A stretch of 64,000 bases of DNA from contig JBBPEB010000002.1 of NCBI GenBank assembly GCA_039096225.1, positions 558,001 to 622,000 on the forward strand. The letters run 5' to 3'. A program made the translations under genes and the position numbers. Source of the stretch: Blastocystis sp. Blastoise. Its lineage: Eukaryota; Protista; Bigyra: Opalinata. The notes beneath the pieces were generated by a model. The model searched no databases and was not told where the DNA came from. It saw only the letters and a list, made by a program, of their open reading frames with translations. Of this stretch, positions 40,248 through 51,260 are shown in pieces. Position 1 is the first letter of the stretch. The number at the start of each line of letters is the position of its first letter.

Positions 40248-41500
40248 CTAATTTTTAATTTCCTGTGAGAATGAGCTACTTTTCTTAATACCAATTTGGA
40301 ATGTTATTTGAATTGTTATTGAAGAATTATTAAAGAAGCAGTCCGAGAAGACGTTTTTCAAATCATTTTCACTAAGTAAGCTTTTTATAGGACTTCTATT
40401 TTCTATAGGTTTGCCAATCATTCTCTTAGGTGATGCTACGATTGTCTTTTTGGCTATTTCTAGTCTTCTTGACATCGATTTATTCACATATTGGTTGGCA
40501 ACAGAAGCAGATTTCCAGCGACCTTGGATCATTAGCTCTTCAGTAGTGGCTCCATGTTCAGCACACAAGGTGGCCATTGTTCTTCTAAAGCAATGGCCAG
40601 TGAAAGAATCAGAATGAGGTAGGTTTAGCATCTTTGCAATTCGTCGAGGCCAATTCCCAATTGCTTTCTCTCCTGTACTTTTTGAACAGAAGCCGTTCTT
40701 CGTGATTAATGGAAACAAGGGTCCATCTTCGTTCTCACTCAAGCAATCAAAGTACTTCCTTATCAGCAAACCAAACTTTACATTGCCATCTACAGTTGGA
40801 ATGTATCCATTATGGCCTTCTCCATTATAATCTGTCTTGCTTCTTTCTACATCTATCAGTATACAATCTTCACAAAACTATATATATATATATATATATT
40901 ATTATTATTTTAATTGTAATTATTATTATTATTATTATTATTACTATATATTTATTATTTAATTAATATTCCCAATATTACTATTACTACATATACCTAA
41001 ATATATAGAAATAAATATATAGATGTGTTAATACCTTTAGATTCTTCTTCTTCAAGTTATATATCTCTCCATGTCTTAGACCACTACAAATGGCTATTAT
41101 AAGGCATACCTTCAACTGGAGCGTTTCAAGGTCTTCATAAGGGCAATTCAGAAACTCGCGGCAATTCTCATCACTTAGTACAGCATTTCTTTTTGGAGGA
41201 GGGAGGCTCTTTGAATGGTTCTTCAATGCTCCTTTAATATTGCAAACCGTAACCTCGTTAACCTTGTGTTTCTCAATGGATGTCAACATCTTGAATATAC
41301 CAATGAGCTTCGAAGTAATAGTATTAGCTCTAATATGTTGATCTATTAGGCTTTGAATGTAGGACTCCAGAACAACGTCGACATCTTCTTTCTTATCGGG
41401 ATCATTGGCTTCTTGGTACTTCTTAAAATCGTTATACCATATTTGATATTTATATCCACTTTATAGGTATAACAATGGTTAATGGCTTCATTTCGCTCAT
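40248..41500 (-). pseudogene. Crypton-type tyrosine recombinase (2 exons; 5' frameshift)
   Basis: SGLRHGEI, RSKTD, TGHCFRRT, GRWKS..VANQYV catalytic set. Intron 41034-40878 splices in frame. ATG at 41500 is out of frame near 41462. Confidence 0.88.
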
Positions 41501-42450
41501 GGTGAAGATAAATAAATAATGAAAAAACGCCGCCAAATTTTTATTGTTGTTGTGTATCTAGTTATTTATTTTTTTTATATTATTTATATGTTATTTATAT
41601 GTTTATGTTTAGTTATTATAATTTAATTGGCTTATTATTATTTATATAGTTATCTATTTTCATCTATTATGATTAATAAAACAAAACTATAATTATTAAA
41701 CAACTTTCTATTAAAAATAATCAATATATCAATTATTTGATCTTTATGTCTTTATACATTATAAATATGCTTAAATATGTTTTTTAGAATTATCTCATTT
41801 AAAACCTATTTGTTGAAATTAAAAAATATTTTAAAAGAATGTATCAGACTGTAATTAATTAATTTTTAAAGTTTCTTGTTTATAATATATTATAGAATTG
41901 TAAATGTTTACAATATTAAAATAACCATTTTTCTTTTGTTTGTTAACAGAACACTCATTTTGTATACTAATGAAATGATATGTAGTAATAGTAAGTTTGT
42001 TGTTTTATATAATATAATAATAAAACATAAGGAAAACCAATTGAAAAATGTCTTTCAGGTATTCTTAAAAATTAGGCAATATTTCAGTGTTTATTTTTGA
42101 TTTTTTTCAAACAAAAAAAAATACAAAAACAAAACACTGAAAATTACCTAATTTTCTAGAAATAACCTGAAATATACTATTTTTGGGTACAATATTTACT
42201 ATAGATAAGAAAATTGATGAAAATTTATTTTCTCTGGATATTATCCTATTTGAATCTTTTATAACTAGGGTCACGCCGCAGGTCCAGTGCCTAACGGCAC
42301 CGGACCGCGGCTGCATAAAGAGTATATAAAGAGTTTTTTTTATCTTATATATTATATATTATATATTATATATTTTTATTATTTATTATTTATTATTTAT
42401 TATTTATTATCTATTATCTATTATATATTATATATTATATATTATAAATT

Positions 42451-42518
42451 TCTTATACTCTATATGGAGAGTTACAATCAGTAAGTGATTGTAATCAGGT
42501 TCAATTCCTGATATAAGA
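42451..42518 (+). ncRNA. tRNA-like cloverleaf with B-box GGTTCAATTCC
   Basis: TCTTAT / ACTCT-ATATGG-AGAGT / TACAATCA-GTAAG-TGATTGTA / ATCAGG-TTCAATT-CCTGAT / ATAAGA. Confidence 0.62.
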
Positions 42519-43474
42519 TTATTTAAGACTTTTTAAATAAGAAATGAAAAAAGAAAAAAAGTTATTTATTAATAAAAAATAACATCTTGAGTTATATTCA
42601 TCACAACAATTTATTTTTAAATATATATTTTGCATTTAGTAATAATTAAACAACTGTTTTAAACATTTTGTGAGTTTTTAAAGTCAATAACTTTAGAAAT
42701 GAGTCACAATGTGAAGTACTCTTGAGTATTTTTAATTTATAAAATTCATTTAAATAACATAATATAAAGATTTAAACTCATTTTAATACTTTTTAAAAGA
42801 ATTTTGAAGTTTTAAGTATAAGAAAGTCAGCATTCATTGTCACTTTGACAACTAAAACATTTCTTAAAAAGCTAATATTTTTATATTAATCTCAACTAAT
42901 GATTTTAAACACAAACAACTCAAAAATGTAACTTTTAATGAGACTTTACCCATTCAAGATCCACTGTATCAAAATAATTTCCTTCAGTCTTTTGATATAG
43001 TATAGAGTTTATTATACTATTTATTAAATAAAAGTAAATGTTTTGAATCTCTTTCTTAAAGACCCTTTTTGACACATTATGAAAAGTTGACACACTTAAA
43101 CTCATTTTTAAATGCTAATATTTACACACTTTACTTAATATGACCATAGCTACACATTGGTCATCACTTTAAAACATTTTATAAACCTTTTGCATTTGCT
43201 CATTTACTTCGACCAAAATATTTTCGTCCCTCCTTTTGATATAATATAGACTGTGTGGTCTAGTTATATGAAAGTGAGGGGGAATTTTGAATCTCGTCCT
43301 CTAAGTCAAACATTTTCACATTTTTAAAAATTAAGACCCTTAGAGTTGATTTCTGAAGTTAATTTTTCTACAGTGTTCCAAAAACACGATTTTACACAAA
43401 CTGAAGTAAAAATATTTTTTCAATAACTCTCACAACCCTTCACACATCCACTCTCTAAAAATTATTTTCTTTGT

Positions 43475-44038
43475 GGGTTAAATCCCGATAGTCAAGTTTT
43501 CAGACATTCATTTTACCAGTTGACATTTGTGCCTTAATTATTTACGAGTTGACATTTGTGTCCTAATTTTTTACGAGTTGACATTTGTGCCTTAATTATT
43601 TACGAGTTGACATTTGTGCCTTAATTTTTTACGAGTTGACATTTGTGTCTTAATTTTTTACGAGTTGACAACTATGATTTAATTATCTACGAGTTGACAA
43701 TTATGAATAATTTATTTGTATTTTTATTTTTAATATTTTCATGACTATTTTTAACAAAGAAACCTGAAAAAAAAATATTTTTTTTTTAAAAATCTGAAAT
43801 AATTAAATTACTATTTTTAACTTATAAATAATTAAATCATAGTTGTCAACTCGTAAATAATTAAGGCACAATTGTCAACTCGTAAATAATTGAGGCACAA
43901 ATGTCAACTCGTAAAAAATTAGGACACAAATGTCAACTCGTAAATAATTAAGGCACAAATGTCAACTCGTAAAAAATTAGGACACAAATGTCAACTCGTA
44001 AATAAATTTCTGAAAACTTGACTATCGGGATTTAACCC
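43475..44038. mobile_element. Mutator/Foldback-type non-autonomous element, 564 bp
   Basis: 30-bp TIR GGGTTAAATCCCGATAGTCAAGTTTTCAGA, inverted arrays of a 29-bp unit, 9-bp TSD TTTCTTTGT at 43466-43474 and 44039-44047. Confidence 0.9.
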
Positions 44039-45032
44039 TTTCTTTGTACTTTTGATATGTTGTAGAGCTACTACAGCTGTACACTAATTAATCTCTATAA
44101 ATTTTTTATTCATAGTTTAAGACTATGTTTTACACATTCTTTGAAATTTGACAACCTTAAACTACTTATTTAAAGCTCTTAATCATAAAATAGACTTAAT
44201 ACATGATTCTAAACACATATAGAAACCCTTTTACTTTTTAGGACACATTTTGTCATTTGGTCATACACTTTGACCTTCATAATTTTAACTCTCCTTTTAA
44301 TATAGTATAGAGTTATAAGTCTAGTTTATTAAATAAAAGTCATTATATTGAATCTCTCACTCTAAGACTACTTAATTCACATTTTTCAAAATTGTGACAC
44401 TCAAACTCATTATTTTAAGACTTTGTTTTAACTATAGTAGTTTGAGGACCTATTGATTACAATACTACAATATTAGTCGATTATAAGAAGATCGAAGAAA
44501 ATATCGATCACTCAAAAATCGTCCTCAGGAGCTCAAAATCGCTACACCTAGGTTTTTTGACCTCCTGAATCAGAATATCATGTCAAATTAACAATCTAAA
44601 TTTGACCGTTAAGGCCTCACGTGTTCAATATGAAAAAGTATTAAAAAATAGATAAATATAAAGAATAAACACGGATAACGTATATTGTGGGATTGAGAAA
44701 AAATCAAGTTTACCCCATGTTTATTTTCCAATTGTCTGGTCAACAATTTTTATCGGGGTCATCCCAAAGAGCCAATCAAAAACGACTCAAAAATCATGTT
44801 TTCTGTTCTTTTATTAATAACTTTTTAATTATAAACAATATCGCTTAACCAAATATACGGTGCACAACTACACGTTATATCCTATTGAACTGTGTTTCAA
44901 CCAAGAGTTAACTCCCCGTAAGTTTAGAGGAGAGGTGTACACAGACTTGAGTATATAGTAGCCAATCAAATGCATTTTCCCAAAACTGAACAATTGAAAT
45001 TTTTTTGCCTATTCTCATATATATAGTAATGA

Positions 45033-45147
45033 TATAATATTAAATATATAATAGATAATAATGAAAAAGAAATAAAAGCCAAACTGTTATTATTCTTTGT
45101 AGCCGCGGTCCGGCGCCGTTAGGCCCCGGACCGCGGCGTGACCCTAG
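45033..45147 (+). mobile_element. Helitron family B 3' terminus (isolated)
   Basis: GCCGCGGTCCGG…CCGGACCGCGGC stem (45102-45137), then GTGACCCTAG|T. Confidence 0.8.
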
Positions 45148-45800
45148 TTTATATTTTAAATACATTATATTTTACTCTAAACATAAAACCAAATATATAT
45201 AATTCATTAAGTTTAATAAAAATTAATTCATAAAGTCAAAAATAGATAAAAACTGAATTGACAAAATCAATTGTTTTACTAAAATATATTATAGAATTCT
45301 TAGAATCCTAGGTTCCTAGGTTCCTAGAATCCTACATTCCTAGAATCCACTAACCAATCAAATTACTAATTTTACTCTAGGACTATTTTGGTCTGGAAAT
45401 GTTTCTAAATATAAAAAGTATTCATTTCATTGGCTATTTTTTTATATTTCTACATTCCTAAGTTCCTAAATTCCTATTTTCCTAAGTTAAATATCAATTT
45501 TCCTGATATTCCTAAGTTAAAAACCTCTTTTTATTGGTTAAAAAAAATTATCCCATTAAAAAAATATAACCCCTATGTAAATAAATAATAAAAAAGAGAA
45601 CCTTATCATATTATATTATCATTTCCCTAACCCTAAACCCTAGCCGTAACCCTGACGAAGATTCCCTATGTCTGGAGTCCGAAACTTTCAAAAAATAACA
45701 AAACAAATTTATATACTTAAACACCATTAAAAACTATTAATAACAAAAAAAAAATAAAAAAGAGAAAAATAATATAATAGAAAAGGTATGTTTAATTTAT

Positions 45801-47033
45801 TTATTCAGAATCAGATTCTTCTACTGATTCTTCACTAGAAGTATCTACTCTCGTAGGTCTTATTCTAGTAGCAGGTTCTCTTTGACCAAGAGTTAAACCA
45901 ATATGATTATCCATCACATTAGTTAAGAACTCTCGGTTCCTACGAACCTCATCAGCAGGACCCCTAGGAGAAACTGGAGCAGCAACAGGAAACGGTTCTT
46001 CATGACCCTCATCGTCATGATTAGGTAAAGTAGCAGTACTGATTGAAAATATTTCAGTATTAGAACCCCGAGCAGCAGTAACAGCAGGACCGATAGGAGG
46101 AGGTATATCTGTTTGTTCTCTCTCGTATCTATTAGCTAATTCCATAGCTTGTTCCTCTAAGTTCATTAACGGAGCATCAGCATCTAATAGTATATCCACA
46201 CGACGTTTTAATTGAGCTAACTTAATAGCATCCAAAGGTGGATTGTTATAGGCCTGATCTAAAGGTCTATCACAAGTAATTACAATAAAAGGAGAATTAA
46301 TATTTACATAACCCCCTTTATATTGCCCACGATACTTGTATCTATCAAGGATACATAAAAGATCTCTAAATGGCCAATGACCATCGAAGTCATCAATGAT
46401 AATGACATCATTGAAAGTGTACCCATCCCACCATTGAGTACTGTCCTTAATGTAGTAAGTACCACCTAGAGCAGCAGCCAACTGAGTAGCAAAACGGGTT
46501 TTACCCACACATGTGGGACACCATACGTATATCACCTTAGGCTTCTTAGTACGCGGCTTCCCATTCACATCACACCAGTATCCCGTGATCTTAGTCTTGT
46601 TCACCATAAAGTATCCAAGATATTCCTCTTCAATATCCTTAAGTTTACCGCCAGTGGATATTATTTTAGCAATTTCATCGGATACCTTCGGCTTCTTATC
46701 TTTAGCACAACCTCGTTTATTGGTATTAAGAGTACTAGCTTCCCAGTGCTTACCGTCATCTTTCAGCACATATCGGCGGCATTCTTCATAGCTTCCCTTA
46801 GCGACCTGAACATCCGGATTCATCGAGAACATCTTCTTAACAGTTGTCATCCTCTGTCTTCTTTCGAATTCTATGTACACGTGGATGTGTACATGACCAG
46901 TAGATGGAGCAACTTCTTCTCCAGCGACAAAGTAAGTAACACCAGCAGGTAAGGCAGCGACCCAGGAATCTAATAAGGCTTCAGCATTTTCGATAGATGC
47001 ATTAATAGTAGCAAACCAGTAGAGAGATTACAT
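45801..47033 (-). pseudogene. rep: Endogenous CRESS-DNA virus Rep (HUH endonuclease plus SF3 helicase)
   Basis: The frame extends 51 codons upstream of the track ORF: M*SLYWFATIN…GEEVAPSTGHVHIHVYIEF…YVLK…WCPTCVGKT…WWDGY…IIIDDF…ITCD. Codon 2 is TAA and the Walker A glycines are Cys. Confidence 0.9.
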
Positions 47034-47843
47034 TTTAGCGAAGTTGAGTAACACTAAAAATTCTAAAAAAAAATAAATTTTTTATGTGAAAAAATTAAGT
47101 TAAAAATTTAAAAAATGAGATATAAATGAGATATTAAAAATTACACTGAACTTATATTGAATATTTATGATAATAAAATATTTAAAATTACACTTGCAAT
47201 CAAATGAAATTTCCGTAAATATTTTGTGTGTGCTAGTTACGATATTACTGGGTTTTCCATAAACAATAATGAAAATTTCACAATTTTTCGTGATTTTTCA
47301 CATATATTTTTTTTTTATTTAGACTCGCAAAAAAATCTTTTTAATTTAATAAAACTTTTGCTTTATTTCATTTTATTTTAATAAATATTCATAATTTTTC
47401 ACCTTGATTAATTTCTTTTAATTTAAATTTAATAATTTTTTCACCTAAATTAGTGTTAGTATTTTAACTTTTGACCTTTTGTCATAATTATTTTAACATA
47501 CAGACTATGGCTGACAACATTCTAAGCTGAAACCAACGAAGCCACTATTACATCATTACTGATGAGACAAGAGAAAGTGAATTATTGACTTTTTACCAGC
47601 ACTTACAGCGGTGGGCACAATTTTCTTGTTTAGACCGGGTTTGAACTCTGTTGAGACCGAAAATTTTCAAAAAACGTTCTAAAAATGTTTTTGGATGGGA
47701 AAAACATTTATTTTTTTCGGTATTAATTTGGCTAAAGCACGGTTGTAGAATTAAAATGTTTTTTTCTCACTTATACTCAATGACTATCATTTAATTCAGT
47801 TTCTGTATGCTTTAAATAAACAACAGAATGTATTTATTATATA

Positions 47844-48020
47844 CTAGCGGCTGGCATCGGCTTCGTCGATGCTTCGTAACCTTTAGAGTTTTATTAATTG
47901 TACAAATACTTTTTAAATATATACTATCATATAGATACATAAAACTATTTTTTAAAGTAGTTTATAGTTTATAATAGTTTCATTAATGAAATATCTCAAA
48001 TAAGTTCATCTAATATAAAT
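47844..48020 (-). mobile_element. Helitron family A 3' tail
   Basis: A|CTAGCGGCTGGCATCGGCTTCGTCGATGC is the reverse complement of the family A end. Confidence 0.75.
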
Positions 48021-51000
48021 AGGGCTTGGAAAAAAATAGCATAAAAATTCATTTGTGTTTAAAATATTATGAAATATTATGAAATATTTTCTAAAAAATA
48101 AAATAATAAGTAATTATCTAGATATTACCGTCATTTTAGGCTTTTTTTATTTTTATTGTATTATAAACAAAAACACAGTAATTTTTATTTATATATTGAT
48201 ATCATTCAATACGGTATAACTACATGGATAAAAACTATATGATTAACTAATAAAAAGGAGATACAATACATAATAGATTTTTTTTTGTTTTAAAAATATA
48301 TATCAAATACTTTTATAAACAGTAATAAAAAAATTTTAAAAAATATATTTTATATGCAATATTTTCAAAATTATATTATACCACAATGAACCGTAGATTC
48401 TCGTAATTATTTTGAAAATATTGAAGTTTTTTTATAATCCATTAAATTCTATTTTTAAAAATCTTTTTATTGGTTTATTATTCATTCAATGTCATATAAA
48501 CTAATTTAAGCATGACAAGAATAATTTTAAAAAGTAATTTAACATATATATATGATTTAATACATAAACTAGGAGAAAACAAGAAATCAATAATGCATAA
48601 AATATCCTCAAACACAGCAAATAATTCAAAAGAGAATAAACCTATAATATCAAATAATAAAAGAAATAAAAAAATCAGCAAAAACATCGAATATTATAAT
48701 GAAATATCAGATGATCAACTTCAAAATAAATTAAGAAAAAACACAAACACGAGAAAATTAAACGACCAAAATCAAAGAGAAGTACAAAAGAAAAAAAAGA
48801 AAACGAGAAAAAAGAAATCAATTGCAACAAATTCAGCAATAATCTTATATATAAAGGCAATAGAAGTTGGATATTTGTGTCTCAAGTTCACGGACCGTTT
48901 ATTCTATGATGGTTAAGGCTATGATAATATCCTTTCAGTATGTTATATATTATGTTCCAAATTTTATTTTAGTTTTTTTAAATTTTCAAAAATTCCATAT
49001 CTAAGGCCTCAAAATAGTCCGAGAAGTTTTGCCGACCGTTAGCAAGTTGGCCGTCCTATGAAATCGATTAAAAAATTTTGAAAACTCATTCTAATTGGAT
49101 AAAAAGAACACAAATATCTTTGTCTATTTTCGCGCCAAAAATTTATTGACATGGTCAAAGTTTATACTTCTAATCATTTTGTCTTCATTTTTTCAAAAAA
49201 ATTTCAATTACATTTCTTTTTCTTTTGCAAAACTTTATTTTGCAATTTTTTTATCCAATTTTTTTTATCTTTTATTTTTAAAATTTCTTATTTCTTTTTA
49301 ATTTCTTTTTTTATATATTTTATTTATTTTTTTATATTTATTATTTATAAATTTATTTTATAATTTATAACATTTTTCGCCACACATAAAAACAACTTTT
49401 AAAATATTAGAAACAATTTAGACCAGTAATCAGTTATCAAAGTGACTTAATAGACTTAATTTTAACCTATATACATAAAATAACCTAAATAATGATAATA
49501 TATGAAGCTTTGAAAAAAATTGATCCACAGAGTGTTGAGATATCGGACACATTCTCTTTTGAACCTTTTAAATTTTAATGAAAACTATCTGGATCATCAT
49601 GGTAACTCATGAAACCATCCTAAAAGTAAATTAAAACCTGTTTTTGACATGTTGAAAAATTAATAAAAAACTTCAATTGCGTGTTCTGCCAACATTTTTT
49701 ATTTTATTAAATTTTAAACGTTACAGAGTTTATCCTATGTGTTTATGTTCATAAATTATTTGAATAAATTTTTAAAATAAAAAGATCGAAGAGATATCGA
49801 AATCATTTCACTTTTAATAAAAATATTTGGACTTAATATTTGATATTTAGACAAAATCGCCACTCATTGAACCCATCATGTTTCTTTCAAGACAAGAATG
49901 AGTCGATATCTGTTTGGTTGACCCTCATAAAATCAATTTATGACTACATTTATGAATACAGTGACCTATATTATACACAAATATGTTATTATTGCATATT
50001 TATGACAACAAAGTTGGTGTATCGGCAGATTTCGACCACTTTAATTTCGACTCTTGACTTCATATTTGGTGTAAGGATGCGATATATGTTACACTATGAT
50101 TTTTTTTGCCTTTAAAGACTTTTTAAAAAAGGTCAAAAAAAGTTAATTGCGGCTTTGCACCAAAATAAGTCGTTCTAACACACTTTTTAAAAGTCATATG
50201 AGTAGTTAATATACTATTACATATATATATATGAAGTTAAAATGTAAAATATCGTTGAATCTCGGTGTCAAAAATAAAAAAGAAATTTTGATTTTTTTCA
50301 AAAATTTTGTTTTTATTGTTTCAACTAAGGTCTATTTCTACCATCATTTTTCCTTCAATAAAGTCTTTTTTTTATAATATATAATATGCTGTTTTCTGAT
50401 CATAAAATATAAAAAATTAGTTCTTAAAAATAAAAATTGACTGAGAAATAAAAATTCAAAGTGGTATGTCTCTCAAAATATTTTTACTTTTTTAATACTG
50501 TTTCTTGATTATTGTATCCCTATAAACACTACTAATTAACTGAAAAAAAATTATTCTATAATTATAAGAATTATATATATTTATTTATAATAGTGAAAAT
50601 TAATATTAGTCAAACTAATATTTATTTTTAGTATATATTATATATAAGTATGACATATTATTTCTTATAATAAGAATTCATTTTAAAAAAACGATAATGT
50701 TTTTTATATTTATTTTTTGTTCTTTTCAAAAGTAGCTTTAAATATGTATAAACATAGAAAAATTTAATGACTTAGTTTATAAATTTTTAAAATGTAAAAA
50801 AAAAATAATTTTATTTCCATTACTTTTAGATATCTTTATTATGAAATGGATTCTTTATGAATATAAAAAAAATTTATCTATTATTAAAAAAGAAAATATG
50901 AATACAAATTCTTATTCATAAACTATCATGCATTTTTATTATATATAGATAAGTAGATATTAGTGATATGAAATAGTAGTAGTTAAACTTTTGAATTTTT

Positions 51001-51260
51001 AAAATTTTAATTTAATTTTTTATCTATAAAATACAACGCGTTGTTTTTTATAGTTAAAAAAATAGAAATAAAATTTTAAAAATTCAAAAGTTTAACTACT
51101 ACTATTTCATATCACGAAACATATATATTCATTTAAAAAACTATATAATCTAAATAAGATCTATTTAGATAGAATATATGCATGATACCATAAAATCAAT
51201 TTGATAAATGAATAAATAGAGTAAAGAATATATATAAACATTTTGATTTAGTCACTGATA

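Larger units (their letters stand above)
42265..45032 (-). mobile_element. Complete non-autonomous Helitron family B, carrying a MULE insertion
   Basis: Minus-strand TCATTACTATATATATGAG start, GC hairpin plus CTAG end, inserted between A42264 and T45033. Confidence 0.82.

Noticed and set aside
43518-44005. 29-bp repeat array as a CRISPR
   Set aside because: Repeats are contiguous with no spacers, mirrored inside TIRs with a TSD, and the context is eukaryotic.
47028-47033. ATG-TAA in Rep as evidence of a TAA=Gln genetic code
   Set aside because: TAA and TAG end the PLV, transposase and RepHel ORFs normally, and these long ORFs use CAA without internal TAR. A C-to-T mutation is simpler.
47233-47252. 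Rep origin stem-loop around CGATATTAC
   Set aside because: Only a ~5-bp imperfect stem and a non-consensus nonamer.
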